Positions 36,970-49,342 of a stretch of 64,000 bases of DNA are shown here, one piece after another. Origin of the DNA: Candidatus Woodwardiibium gallinarum (GTDB taxonomy: Bacteria > Bacillota > Clostridia > Oscillospirales > CAG-382); NCBI GenBank assembly GCA_904419545.1, contig CAJFRY010000004.1:9435-73434 (forward strand), in the 5' to 3' direction. Both the position numbers and the translations under genes were made by a program. The notes below the pieces were generated by a model, which was not told where the DNA came from, did no database searches, and saw nothing but the letters and a program-made list of their open reading frames with translations. Each line of letters begins with the position of its first letter. Within the stretch, counting starts at the first letter, position 1.

Positions 36970-39512
36970 TACGCCTCACCTTCGGGCGGAAGCTCCGATT
37001 CGACTGTTTCCTCGGGCTCGACGGCGGATTCGGCGCCGTAGCTTTCCTCATCCTCCGGGCTGACGGCCGCAAAGGAGACAAGCGACGCGCCGTCGGTCAG
37101 CCGCATCACGATTACGCCGCCGGCGGAACGGCCGTAGACGGGGATATCCGCAACCTTGGTGCGGATGATAACGCCGGAATCGGACAACAGCATAATATCG
37201 TCGTCCGGCGCGACCATCGCAATGCCGGTCAGCTTGCCGGTTTTCTCGCTGACGCGATGACAAATCACGCCCTTGCCGCCGCGCTTCTGGTCGCTGAACT
37301 CGGCGATATCGGTCTGTTTGCCGTAGCCCTTGGAGGTGATGGTCAGCAAATGCTTCCCGCCCTCAGGCGGAATGACGGCGGCGCCGACGACGCGGTCGCC
37401 CGCAGTCAGACGGACAGCACGCACGCCGCGTGCCTGACGGCCTACGCAGCGGACGTCGTTTTCATCAAAGCGGATGGCATAGCCCTTCTCGGTGGCGGCG
37501 ATGATCGAGGTGCTCCCGTCGGTCTTGAGCACCGAGAGCAGCTCGTCGCCCTCATCGAGCGTGACGGCGTACAGGCCGCCGGTGCGGCGGGTTCGATAAG
37601 CCATCAGGTTTACGCGTTTGACAATACCCTGCCGCGTCAGCATAACCAGATATTCATCCGCCGTAAATTCGGCCACCGACAGAATAGCGGTGATCTCCTC
37701 GTCCGGCTCGAGAGAAAGCACGTTGACAAGGTTCGTTCCCTTCGAGGTCCTGCCGGCCTCGGGGATCTCATAGCATTTCTTGATGTACAGCCGGCCGCGG
37801 TTGGAGAACATCAGCAGATAGTCATGGCTGTGTGCGACGAGCACTTCCTTGACGTAATCCTCCTCCTTGGTCGTCATCGCGGTAACGCCCTTGCCGCCGC
37901 GCCGCTGCGCCTGATAGGTCTCGGACGGCAGCCGTTTGATGTATCCCTCGCTTGTGACCGTGACCACGCAGCTTACACGGTCGATGAGGTCTTCGATGAG
38001 AATTTCGTTTTCGACCTCTTCAATCGAGGTGCGGCGTTCGTCGCCGTAACGGTCTTTGATTTTCTGCAAATCTTCCTTAATAATGGCTGTCAGCTTGGAT
38101 TCGTCGGCAAGGATCCCTTTCAATTCCTCGATGAGCGCGTAAAGCGCCTGCAGGCGTTCCTCGATCTTCTGCCGTTCGAGACCCGACAGACGGCCGAGCG
38201 TCATATCGACGATGGCCTGCGACTGCGCTTCGCTGAGTCCGAAGCGCGACTGCAGCTTCTCGCGCGCATCGGACACGTTTGCAGACGAGCGGATGATCTG
38301 GATTACCTCGTCAATATGGTCAATCGCAATTTTCAGGCCTTCATAGATGTGCGCCTCGCGCTCGGCACGGTTAAGCTCAAACTGCGTGCGCCGGCGGATG
38401 ACGTCCTCCTGATGACGGATATAGTAATAAAGCATCTCCCTGAGGTTGAGCACCTTCGGCTCGCCCTCGACGAGCGCAAGCATATTGACTGCACAGGTAT
38501 CCTGAAGCTGGGTATATTTGTACAGCAGGTTGAGTACAACCTGCGCATTGGCGTCCTTTTTGATCTCGATAACGATGCGCATACCCGCGCGGCCGGACTC
38601 ATTGCGGATATCGCTGATCCCGTCGATGCGCTTGGTCTTGACAAGATTGACCATATTTTCCAGCAGCAGCGAACGGTTGACCTGATACGGCAGCTCAGTG
38701 ACGATGATGCTTGTCCTGCCGCGCTTTTCCTCAAAATGTGCTTTGGCGCGCACACGGATGCGGCCGCGGCCGGTCATATACGCCTCGCGGATGCCGGCGG
38801 TGCCGTAAATGGTGCCGTATGTCGGGAAATCCGGCCCTTTGATAAACTGCATCAGGTCGGAAACGGTGCAGTCAGGGTGGTCGATCATATAAACAGTCGC
38901 GTCGATCACCTCACCGAGGTTATGCGGCGGAATGTTCGTCGCCATCCCGACGGCGATGCCGATGGAGCCGTTGACCAGCAGGTTCGGGAACCGCGAAGGC
39001 AGCACGAGCGGCTCCTTGCGGGTATTGTCAAAATTCATCCCGTATTCGATGACGTCCTTTTCGATATCGACGAGCATCTCGTTGGCAAGCCGGGACATTC
39101 TTGCTTCTGTATAACGATAGGCGGCAGCGGAATCGCCGTCGATGTTGCCGAAGTTGCCATGCCCTTCGACAAGCGGATACCGCAGCGAAAAGGGCTGTGC
39201 CAGCCGGACCATCGTATCGTACACGGCGACGTCGCCATGCGGATGGTAGCGGCCGAGCACGTTTCCGACCGTCGTCGCGGATTTGCGGAAAGGCTTGTCG
39301 TAGGTCAGCTTATCCTCATACATCGCGTAGAGGATGCGGCGGTGGACCGGCTTAAGGCCGTCCCGCACGTCGGGCAGCGCGCGGCCGACAATGACCGACA
39401 TCGCATAATCGATGTACGCAGTCTTGATCTCCTTTTCAATGCCGACGTCCTGGATGATCTGCTCCTCGTGCGCGCTGTAGTCGTATTCATGTTCGTGTGC
39501 CATATGCTTCAC
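36969..39512 (-). CDS. gyrA: DNA gyrase subunit A
   Basis: 847 aa with [24 protein letters not shown] (catalytic Tyr) and C-terminal beta-pinwheel repeats. Confidence 0.95.
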   Translation of the reverse strand: MKHMAHEHEYDYSAHEEQIIQDVGIEKEIKTAYIDYAMSVIVGRALPDVRDGLKPVHRRILYAMYEDKLTYDKPFRKSATTVGNVLGRYHPHGDVAVYDTMVRLAQPFSLRYPLVEGHGNFGNIDGDSAAAYRYTEARMSRLANEMLVDIEKDVIEYGMNFDNTRKEPLVLPSRFPNLLVNGSIGIAVGMATNIPPHNLGEVIDATVYMIDHPDCTVSDLMQFIKGPDFPTYGTIYGTAGIREAYMTGRGRIRVRAKAHFEEKRGRTSIIVTELPYQVNRSLLLENMVNLVKTKRIDGISDIRNESGRAGMRIVIEIKKDANAQVVLNLLYKYTQLQDTCAVNMLALVEGEPKVLNLREMLYYYIRHQEDVIRRRTQFELNRAEREAHIYEGLKIAIDHIDEVIQIIRSSANVSDAREKLQSRFGLSEAQSQAIVDMTLGRLSGLERQKIEERLQALYALIEELKGILADESKLTAIIKEDLQKIKDRYGDERRTSIEEVENEILIEDLIDRVSCVVTVTSEGYIKRLPSETYQAQRRGGKGVTAMTTKEEDYVKEVLVAHSHDYLLMFSNRGRLYIKKCYEIPEAGRTSKGTNLVNVLSLEPDEEITAILSVAEFTADEYLVMLTRQGIVKRVNLMAYRTRRTGGLYAVTLDEGDELLSVLKTDGSTSIIAATEKGYAIRFDENDVRCVGRQARGVRAVRLTAGDRVVGAAVIPPEGGKHLLTITSKGYGKQTDIAEFSDQKRGGKGVICHRVSEKTGKLTGIAMVAPDDDIMLLSDSGVIIRTKVADIPVYGRSAGGVIVMRLTDGASLVSFAAVSPEDEESYGAESAVEPEETVESELPPEGEA

Positions 39513-39524
39513 CTTTCGTTGTCG

Positions 39525-41693
<2,169 letters not shown>

Positions 41694-41719
<26 letters not shown>

Positions 41720-42797
41720 ATGCAGACCCCTCCTTCACACGGATCGTATGCGTGTTCCCGAAGCCGCCGAACAGCTCCTCTTCGCAGCCGGTGATGATGA
41801 CCTGCAGCCGGTCGAGGCTGCCGAGCAGGAAGGCGCGCCGGCCCGCGTCCAGCTCACTGAGAATATCGTCAAACAAAAACACGGGGTATTCGCCCGTCAG
41901 CCGGCGGGAAAGCTCGCCCTCTGCCAGCTTCAGTGCGAGCACCGCAGTGCGCTGCTGGCCCTGAGACGCATAGAGGCGCGCGTTTTTGCCGTTAATCTGC
42001 ACGGAAAAATCATCCTTATGCGGACCTGCCAGCGCCAATCCGCGCAGCTTCTCGGCCGCCTTACGGCTCTCAAACACCCTTTCATAGCCGCTTCTCAGCT
42101 CTTCAAGCGTTTCCCCCTCGGCCTGCGTGGTATAGACGAGCGTAAGCGTTTCACGCTGCGCGCTCATTTCCGAATGGACGGGAGAAGCCTGCTCCTCGAG
42201 CTTCCGCAGGTATTTGCGGCGGTTGACGGTGACGACCGCCCCGCAGGCAGCCATCCGCTCGTTATAAACATCCAGCAGATCGTCGTTCCCTTCTCCCGTG
42301 CGCAGAAGCGCATTCTTCTGCGACAGCAGCCGGCCGTACTCGTTCAGCGACGATACGTAGCGCGGAAACGACTGACAGATGGCCATATCAAGAAAACGGC
42401 GGCGGTTTTCGGGCGCGCCCTTGACCAGATTCAGATGGTCGGGCGTAAACACCACCGCGCGGAACACGCCAAGGTAATCGGAAAGTTTGGTCACCTCGCA
42501 GCCGTTGCGGAACAGCTTCCGCCGTCCGCCCTTCGGAAAGCCGACCGCGAAGCTCTCGCGCAGGCCCGACGCCGAAAAGCCGATTTCCGCGCGCGCGGCC
42601 TCCCGCCCGAAACGGATCAGCTCCCGGTCCTTGCAGCCGCGGAAGCTCTTCCCTGCCGCAAAATAGAATGCCGCTTCCAAAAGGTTCGTTTTCCCTGCCG
42701 CGTTTTCGCCGCAGATGATATTGACCCCCGGCACAAACGAAACCGACGCACTTTCATAATTTCGGAAATCGGTCAGCGCGAGCCGCTCCAATATCAT
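41694..42797 (-). CDS. recF: DNA replication and repair protein RecF
   Basis: The N-terminal LTDFRNYE...GENAAGKTNLLEA is a Walker A motif. The signature SQGQQRT and a LFDDILSELD Walker B are also present. Confidence 0.92.
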
Positions 42798-42798
42798 A

Positions 42799-43923
42799 TC
42801 AGTCCTTCAGCCGGACGGGGACGACGAGATAGAGGGTCTTGCTGTCCTCTTCCTCGTCGGCAGGGCTTAAGATCATCGAAAACAGCGGCGTCGAGAGCGA
42901 TGCGACGATCTCCTCCCCTCGGACGGCGTGGAGCGCGTCGAGCAGGTAGCGGTGGTTGAAGCCGATTTCGATATCGTCCCCCTGCTTGTCGGCGCGGATA
43001 TTGTCATTCACATGTCCGTACTGCGTCGAGCAGGATATATTCAGATTGCCGTCGGTAAACCGGCAGCGCAGCGGCGTTTTCAGCTTTTCGTCGACCAGCA
43101 GCGACGCGCGTTCGACGCATTCGATGAACTCGCGCGTCTTCAGGCGCACGAACACGCGGTTCTCCTTTGGGATGGCACGCTCGTAATCGAGAAAATCGCC
43201 CTCCAGAAGCCGCGAGAAAAGAGTCACGCCGTCAAGCTTGAAAATGATATATTTGTTTGTAAATTCCACCGTAACCGGCTCGTCGCTGTCCGCAAGCAGC
43301 CGCGAGAATTCGGCCAGCGTGCGGCCGGGGACGACGAGCGAGAATGCCTCGGTATTGTTCGAAACGGCGTTTTTTTCGCTCCGCAGTGCCAGGCGGTAAT
43401 TATCCAGCGCGACGACGGTCAAAGCGCTTCCCGACACCCGAAAGAGCTGGCCGGTGAGAATGGGGCGCGCGTCGGTCTGCGCAACGGCGAAGTTTGTGGA
43501 CTGGATGATCTCCTTCAAAAGTGCCTGCGTCATCGTAAAGCGCGTATCGCCGCCGAGCATCGGCAGGCTGGGAAAGGTATCACTGCCCAGTCCGTGAATG
43601 GAATATTCGCTCATTCCGCCGGTGATGGAAACAAGGTTTTTGTCATCCGAAGAGAAGGTGATGTCGCAGTCGGGAAAATTACGGACAATGGCAAATACCT
43701 TCTGCGCATTGAGAATGACCGCGCCGTCGGACAGGCCGTTGACCTGCGTAACCGTCCGAACGCCTTTTTCCAGGTCGTAGCCGCAGACGGAAAGCTCGCT
43801 CCCTTTCAGGGTAAAGAGCAGCCCTTCGAGCGCGGGCAGCGTGTTTCTCGACGAGACGGCGGTCATCGTCGGCTGGATGAGGGAAACAAGCGTCTTCTTA
43901 TCGGCTGTAAAATGAATCGGCAT
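42799..43923 (-). CDS. dnaN: DNA polymerase III beta sliding clamp
   Basis: The internal ATG at 43923 has an AAAGGAG SD 9 nt upstream. MPIHFTADKKTLVSLIQ...SSRNTLPALEGLLF is a typical DnaN N-terminus. Confidence 0.92.
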   Translation of the reverse strand: MPIHFTADKKTLVSLIQPTMTAVSSRNTLPALEGLLFTLKGSELSVCGYDLEKGVRTVTQVNGLSDGAVILNAQKVFAIVRNFPDCDITFSSDDKNLVSITGGMSEYSIHGLGSDTFPSLPMLGGDTRFTMTQALLKEIIQSTNFAVAQTDARPILTGQLFRVSGSALTVVALDNYRLALRSEKNAVSNNTEAFSLVVPGRTLAEFSRLLADSDEPVTVEFTNKYIIFKLDGVTLFSRLLEGDFLDYERAIPKENRVFVRLKTREFIECVERASLLVDEKLKTPLRCRFTDGNLNISCSTQYGHVNDNIRADKQGDDIEIGFNHRYLLDALHAVRGEEIVASLSTPLFSMILSPADEEEDSKTLYLVVPVRLKD

Positions 43924-43990
43924 ATCGCAAATGCTCCTTTTTTCTTTCGATCGTCGTTTCCGGCGCGTCGGAAACAATCCGCCGTGCGGC

Positions 43991-44171
43991 ATAACAATCA
44001 TAATGTTTTATCTATAAGGTATTAGCAGTAGCAATAGTAGTAGGCTCTGTGGGAAATGTGGAAAAGCGGAAAAACGCTTTTATTGAAGGGCGTTTCGGCA
44101 TTTTTTCATGTGGACGGGCTGTGAACGGACAGCGGACAGGCACGAGAAAACGGTGGAAAAGCTGTGGACAG
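43991..44171. other. oriC core: AT-rich block, DnaA-trio-like TAG repeats, GC spacer, DnaA boxes
   Basis: AT-rich block at 43991-44022. Trios TAG CAG TAG CAA TAG TAG TAG at 44023-44043, then GCTC. Boxes TGTGGGAAA 44048, TGTGGAAAA 44057, TGTGGACGG 44109, TGTGAACGG 44120, GGTGGAAAA 44152 and TGTGGACAG 44163. Confidence 0.65.
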
Positions 44172-44219
44172 CATCGGTTATCGGTTCATTCGGACGGATT
44201 TTGACGCGTTATGTCGGTC

Positions 44220-44527
44220 TTACTGCACCTTTTCCGTATATCCGCAGGTAAATGGAAAAAAATCGTACTTGTTTGTTCCCGTGTGTATGAATCCGGCCGT
44301 TTCATACCATCGGCGAAGGATGCGGTTTTCCTCGGCAGTGCCGATATGCATCATCCGGCAGCCCGTCGCCTTGGACTGCGCGAACGCGTGACGCAGCATG
44401 GCGGCGCCGGTTCCCTGATGGGCGACAGGCGGGGGCGGACGCACAGGCTGTTCAGCCCGCAGGCATTGTTCTCCAAAGTCAGCGAATGGAATCCGGCGGG
44501 CCTTCCGCCTTGGTCACCGGCGTACAT
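44220..44527 (-). pseudogene. GNAT acetyltransferase remnant (N-terminally truncated, frameshifted) inside the dnaA-dnaN spacer
   Basis: The motif A region reads LNSLCVRP in one frame and continues PPPVAHQGTGAAMLRHA...RRWYETAGF in another. The shift is at a C5 run (44431-44435). Confidence 0.5.
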
Positions 44528-44571
44528 CGGCCGACCGCTTTCGTACTGTGAAAGCGGACGCTCGCCGTTTA

Positions 44572-45939
44572 TCAGAGCGTCGTCAGTTCCTTGCTCAGCT
44601 CGCGGATTTCCTTATCGAAGGCCGAATCCTTTTTCATCCGGTTGATGACGTTGTCACGCGCGTTGATGACCGTCGAATGGTCACGGCCGAACTGGCGGCC
44701 GATGGCCTTGAGCGAAAGGCCGGTGTATTCGGTGCAGAGGTACATCGCGATGTGACGGACGTATACAATATCGCTGGTGCGCTTTTTGCCGCGGATGTCT
44801 TCAATGGAAAAGCCGTAGCGGCGCGAAACAAAGGAAAATATTTTTTCGCTTGTGACACGCTCGCTGCCGCCGGAGGAAAAAAAGTCCTTGAGCACATCGG
44901 CGGCCATTGCCTTGGAAATCGGCTCGCCGGTGATGAAGCTCTGCGCGCGCAGCCGCTTGAGTGCGCCCTCGATCTGACGGACGTTGTTGGTGATGTTTTC
45001 CGACAGGTAGGTGATGACCTCGTTGTCCAGCCGGATACCCAGCAGCTTGGTTTTCATCTTGAAAATGGCAGCGCGCAGCTCGGTGTCCGGCGGCTGGATG
45101 TCGGCCATCAGGCCGCTTTCAAAGCGGGTCTGCAGGCGCGATTCCAGATAGCTGATGTCGCGCGGCGGCCGGTCGGAGGTAAGTATGATCTGCTTTCGTT
45201 CGTTATAAAGCGCGTTGAAGGTATGGAAGAATTCCTCCTGCACCGAGTATTTGCCGGCAATGAAATGCACGTCGTCGACTAAAAGCATGTCCACATTGCG
45301 GTATTTTTCCTTAAATGCCATGTTCCGGTTCTGCCGCAGCGCCAGTGCATCGATGAGCTCGTTTGTGAATTCCTCACTGGTGACATAAAGGATATTGAAG
45401 TTTGGGTGCAGCTTTTTGACTTCATTCATAATCGCGAACAAAAGATGCGTTTTCCCCAGACCCGACGGACCGAAGAGAAACAGCGGGTTATACAGCTCGG
45501 CCGGGTGCTGCGCGACCGCAAAGGCGGCGGCCTGCGCGAGCTGGTTGGATGAGCCGACGACGAAATTGTCAAACGTGTATTCGCTGCGTGAATTCGGACC
45601 CGAAGGAGACGCCGGCTGTGCGGAAGGCGTGGGACGGGCAGGCGGCGCACTGGTGATAAAAAGCCGTTCCTCACTGCGCGCATCGCTGTCACCGGCGGCG
45701 GATTCAATGCGGACTTCGACCTTGAAGCCGAGCACCTCTTCGAACATTCGTTCCAGAACCGGCAGATATTTTTTCTCAATAATGCTTTTTTTGAAATCGT
45801 CCTCCGCTATGATCGTTACGCTGTCACCGTCCAACGAAGAGAGCGTTGCGCTGCCGAACCACAGGCCCACGGTGGTCTCGGAGAATTCCTTTTTCAGTTT
45901 TTCTACGATGTCGTGCCACAGATTTTCTCCGATGTTCAT
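44572..45939 (-). CDS. dnaA: Chromosomal replication initiator protein DnaA
   Basis: 455 aa with GPSGLGKTHLL (Walker A), LLVDDVHF, and the domain IV motif RHIAMYLCTEYTGLSLKAIGRQFGRDHSTV. Confidence 0.95.
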   Translation of the reverse strand: MNIGENLWHDIVEKLKKEFSETTVGLWFGSATLSSLDGDSVTIIAEDDFKKSIIEKKYLPVLERMFEEVLGFKVEVRIESAAGDSDARSEERLFITSAPPARPTPSAQPASPSGPNSRSEYTFDNFVVGSSNQLAQAAAFAVAQHPAELYNPLFLFGPSGLGKTHLLFAIMNEVKKLHPNFNILYVTSEEFTNELIDALALRQNRNMAFKEKYRNVDMLLVDDVHFIAGKYSVQEEFFHTFNALYNERKQIILTSDRPPRDISYLESRLQTRFESGLMADIQPPDTELRAAIFKMKTKLLGIRLDNEVITYLSENITNNVRQIEGALKRLRAQSFITGEPISKAMAADVLKDFFSSGGSERVTSEKIFSFVSRRYGFSIEDIRGKKRTSDIVYVRHIAMYLCTEYTGLSLKAIGRQFGRDHSTVINARDNVINRMKKDSAFDKEIRELSKELTTL

Positions 45940-45985
45940 GCGCCGACAAGGCCTCCTTTTTGGATTATGGATGCTTTTTCATTTC

Positions 45986-46014
45986 ATTATATCATATGCA
46001 GCGCAAAATTGCAA
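45986..46014 (-). promoter_or_regulatory. dnaA promoter
   Basis: On the - strand: TTGCAA (46014-46009), 17 nt, then TATAAT (45991-45986). Confidence 0.55.
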
Positions 46015-46133
46015 GTCCAATGGGATAAAAGTTTCGGCAGCGGCGCTTTTTCGCCTGCCTTGCTTTCTTGCGCAGGGATTGCGGAAAAAAGATCGGCTCT
46101 GCGAAAGAAACGTGAAAAAACCGGCAAAAAGGC

Positions 46134-46163
46134 TTGACAAACGCGGGGGTTTGCGTATATAAT
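46134..46163 (+). promoter_or_regulatory. rpmH operon promoter
   Basis: TTGACA 46134-46139, 18 nt, then TATAAT 46158-46163. Alternatively TATATA with a 16-nt spacer. Confidence 0.6.
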
Positions 46164-46251
46164 AAAAGTTGCATTTCTGCCGCTGCTGCTGAAAGCAGGA
46201 ACGGTGGGAGCACAATCTTGTCGGCAACGAAGAAATCGGAGGTGCAAAAGA

Positions 46252-46386
46252 ATGCTCAGAACATACCAGCCGAAAAAGCGCCACAGAAAGATGGAGCATG
46301 GCTTCAGAAAGAGAATGGCGACGGCCAACGGCAGAAAGGTCTTGAAGCGCAGAAGGGCGAGAGGCAGACTGAAGCTCAGCTACTGA
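46252..46386 (+). CDS. rpmH: 50S ribosomal protein L34
   Basis: [44 protein letters not shown], with a GGAGG SD upstream. Confidence 0.92.
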   Translation: MLRTYQPKKRHRKMEHGFRKRMATANGRKVLKRRRARGRLKLSY

Positions 46387-46466
46387 TTGTCAGACGCAGG
46401 CTCTGTCCGCGCGGCAGGAGCACAGACCCAATTCCGAGAAACGGATGCTCCCGGCAGAAGGGAGCA

Positions 46467-46841
46467 ATGGCTGAAACTATGGAAAAACAGAAGAAGCTGC
46501 AGACCTTAAAGGAGAACCATCTTTTCGCAAAAGCCTATGCGCGCGGGAAGTGCTTTCCTTCCCGCACGGTGGTCCTTTACGTGCTGCGGAGCCGCGGCCG
46601 GCCGTCGCCTTCAAGGGTGGGGCTGACAGTTTCCAAGAACCGGGGGAACGCGGTCGTGCGCAACCGCACGCGCAGACGGCTCCGCGAAGCGCTGCGTCCG
46701 GTATACCCGCTTGTAAAAGACGGATTTATCATTGTCCTTGTCGCCAGACAGGCTGCGGTGGAGGCGTCCTTTGCCGAAATCGAATCAGACCTGCGTCTTT
46801 TATTGAACAGGGCGGCTCTTTTACGGGATGGGTCGGTATGA
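46467..46841 (+). CDS. rnpA: Ribonuclease P protein component
   Basis: LKENHLFAKAYARGK...VGLTVSKNRGNAVVRNRTRRRLREA contains the RNR motif. It lies directly after rpmH. The start is 46467 or 46479. Confidence 0.85.
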   Translation: MAETMEKQKKLQTLKENHLFAKAYARGKCFPSRTVVLYVLRSRGRPSPSRVGLTVSKNRGNAVVRNRTRRRLREALRPVYPLVKDGFIIVLVARQAAVEASFAEIESDLRLLLNRAALLRDGSV

Positions 46842-47077
46842 AGCGCTTTTTCATTTTTCTTATCCGCCTGTATCAAAAGCATGTTTCCCCCGCGCTGCCC
46901 CGGGCCTGCCGGTTTACGCCGACCTGCTCGGAGTACGCCGTGCAGGCTTTTGAAGAATATGGAGCGTTCGTCGGCTTTTTCCTCGCCGCTTACCGCGTGC
47001 TGCGCTGCAATCCGCTGTGCAGAGGAGGATACGACCCCGTTCCGCAGAAACGAAACAAAGGAAAGCCCAAAAAATGA
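46838..47077 (+). CDS. yidD: Membrane protein insertion efficiency factor YidD
   Basis: LIRLYQKHVSPALPRACRFTPTCSEYA...RCNPLCRGGYDPVP is canonical YidD. It overlaps the rnpA stop. Confidence 0.85.
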   Translation: MKRFFIFLIRLYQKHVSPALPRACRFTPTCSEYAVQAFEEYGAFVGFFLAAYRVLRCNPLCRGGYDPVPQKRNKGKPKK

Positions 47078-48408
47078 ATAGTATAATGGACATCCTCTAT
47101 ATACCGTTCGGGTATATAATGAAGCTGTGCTGCCTGATTTCGGGGAACAACTATGTCATCGCGCTGTTCTTTTTCGCCCTGCTTCTGCAGATCGTGCTGT
47201 TCCCGCTGGGTATCAAGCAGCAGAAGTCCCAGATCACGATGGCCAAGCTGCGTCCGAAGGAAATGGCCATCCGTAAGAAATATGCCGGGCGTACCGACAG
47301 ACCTACGCAGCAGAAGATGAATATGGAAATCCAGCAGCTGTATGCCGACAACGGATATAACCCGCTTTCCGGCTGCCTTCCGCTGCTCATCCAGCTTCCG
47401 ATCATTGTTGCGCTGTTTGCCGTCGTCCGTAATCCGATCACCTATACCGTCAATCTCAGTTTCGGCGGAGACGCCGGACTGGACACACAAGGTCTTTATA
47501 CGGACGCGGTGGAAATGCTTGAAGAAGCGCGCACCCGTTTGCCTTCTGAAACGGACGATTCGGAAATTTCGGCGTTTTCTGATAATTTAATCAGCTGGGA
47601 ACGGACGCTCGGCGCCATTTTGAACGAGGAGAACGAATATCAGAACGAAGTAGAGCCGGTCAATAACGGAACTTCGGAATATCTGCTGGTGCAGATGATC
47701 TCGTTTGGCGGCGAAGAAATCAACAATTTTCTCGAGAGCAAAAATCTGGAACCGGTGATGGATCCGTTCGGTACGGAAATCAAAGAGTTGATGCCGAATT
47801 TCAATATCATCGGCGGTGTAAGCGCTTTACAGCAGCCGACCTTCGGGCTTAACTGGCTGCTGCTGGTGCCGATTCTGGTCTTTCTGTCCAGCTATCTGTC
47901 CGGCATCGTGATGCGGAAGCTGTCCACAATGCCGGAAAATGCCAACGGGCCGGGCAACGGGATGTTTATGAAGATCGGTATGCCGCTGATTTCGGCGATT
48001 TTTGCTTTCTCCTTCCCGGCAGCCATCGGCATTTACTGGATTTTCCGAACCGTCGTCGGTATGGGACAGCAGTATCTGCTGTATCGGATGTATCCGGCGC
48101 CTAAATTTACGCCGGAAGAATATGCCGCAGCCGAAAAAGAACTGCGCAAATCCGCTAAAAAGAAAAAGGTTATTATGATCGAAGTCGACGAGGACGACGA
48201 CAGCTACAGCGATATCGAGGTGAAGAACGGCAATTCCGGCGCGTCGGGCAGCGGTAAGCCGCGCATCGAAATGCTGACGCCGGATGACGACGGCGACGAC
48301 GGGACGAAAGCCGATGAAGGGAAAAAAGCCTCCTCCGACGCGAAAGCGCTGCCCAAGGCGCCGCTCAAGGAGGAAAATACCCCGCCTGACAAAGAGCATA
48401 AGGAATAA
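47074..48408 (+). CDS. yidC: Membrane protein insertase YidC (with a large hydrophilic insertion and a charged tail)
   Basis: The ATG overlaps the yidD stop (ATGA). MAKLRPKEMAIRKKY...QQLYADNGYNPLSGCLPLLIQLPI is the YidC/Oxa1 core. Confidence 0.88.
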   Translation: MNSIMDILYIPFGYIMKLCCLISGNNYVIALFFFALLLQIVLFPLGIKQQKSQITMAKLRPKEMAIRKKYAGRTDRPTQQKMNMEIQQLYADNGYNPLSGCLPLLIQLPIIVALFAVVRNPITYTVNLSFGGDAGLDTQGLYTDAVEMLEEARTRLPSETDDSEISAFSDNLISWERTLGAILNEENEYQNEVEPVNNGTSEYLLVQMISFGGEEINNFLESKNLEPVMDPFGTEIKELMPNFNIIGGVSALQQPTFGLNWLLLVPILVFLSSYLSGIVMRKLSTMPENANGPGNGMFMKIGMPLISAIFAFSFPAAIGIYWIFRTVVGMGQQYLLYRMYPAPKFTPEEYAAAEKELRKSAKKKKVIMIEVDEDDDSYSDIEVKNGNSGASGSGKPRIEMLTPDDDGDDGTKADEGKKASSDAKALPKAPLKEENTPPDKEHKE

Positions 48409-48585
48409 ACGCCTGAAGCGTTCATCTCCCGGGCTTCGTAAGGTTTTCGCTGTCCAATCAGGGGCCTGTATGCTTTGCCGAACGGGAAAGCATGCCCTGA
48501 CGCAACGTGTATGGGAGGTTGCGCCTGTACCCCGACTAAATTCCGAAAGGAGGAAGCTTTCGCGTAGCGGAAGCTGTCATAATTC

Positions 48586-49248
48586 ATGAAAGAAACGATT
48601 GTATACGGCAAGACTGTCGCGCTCGCGCTCAAGCGCGGAGCGGAGGAGCTGGGCGTCGACGAATCCAAGGCCGAATACGAGGTGCTGGAGGAGCCGAAAA
48701 AGGGCTTTTTCGGTGTCGGCGCGTCGGACGCCAAGCTGCGTGTGTATTATCAGCCGTCCCCGGCGGAAATCGCTGCTGATTTTGTGAAAAACCTGTTGAT
48801 GAATATGCAGGTAGAAGCCGACGTTTCCATCGAGCATGAGGATGCGGAGGGCGCTTCCATTGCCGTCAACGGCGAAGGTTTGGGACTGCTCATCGGCCGT
48901 CATGGCGATGTGCTCGATGCGGTGCAGCATCTGGCCGGTCTGGCGGCCAATCACGGCCGCAGCGGTTATTACCGTATAACGGTGGATATCGAGAATTACC
49001 GTGCCAAGCGGGCCGAGACGCTCCGGCAGCTTGCGCGCAGAATGGCCGAAAAAACGCTCAGATATCGCCGCAGCAATACGCTTGAGCCGATGAACGCCTA
49101 TGAGCGCCGTATTATCCATACAGAGGTGCAGGGTATTGAGGGCGTGACGACGTATTCCATCGGCAGCGATGCCGACCGCCGCATCGTCATTGCATTGGAA
49201 AAGAAGTCCAAGTCCCGTGAGGACGGCGGCGATTCCGCCGAGGCATAG
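48586..49248 (+). CDS. jag: RNA-binding protein Jag/KhpB (Jag_N, KH, R3H)
   Basis: GLLIGRHGDVLDAVQHL is the KH domain. EPMNAYERRIIHTEV is the R3H domain. It lies after yidC, as in other Firmicutes. Confidence 0.88.
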   Translation: MKETIVYGKTVALALKRGAEELGVDESKAEYEVLEEPKKGFFGVGASDAKLRVYYQPSPAEIAADFVKNLLMNMQVEADVSIEHEDAEGASIAVNGEGLGLLIGRHGDVLDAVQHLAGLAANHGRSGYYRITVDIENYRAKRAETLRQLARRMAEKTLRYRRSNTLEPMNAYERRIIHTEVQGIEGVTTYSIGSDADRRIVIALEKKSKSREDGGDSAEA

Positions 49249-49263
49249 GAAAAAAGGAAAAGA

Positions 49264-49301
49264 GCACCGCAGACAGGTCCGTCTGCGGTGCTTTTCGTTT
49301 T
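49264..49301 (+). terminator. Rho-independent terminator of the rpmH-jag operon
   Basis: 11-bp stem GCACCGCAGAC/GTCTGCGGTGC followed by TTTTCGTTTT. Confidence 0.85.
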
Positions 49302-49342
49302 CAGGAAGTGTATGCTGTACAATGTCTGTTTCTTGCAAATCC

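Noticed and set aside
44535-44557. Hairpin CCGCTTTC-N7-GAAAGCGG just after the dnaA stop, considered as an intrinsic terminator.
   Set aside because: No U-run follows it on the - strand, and dnaA-dnaN are normally co-transcribed. It is not called.
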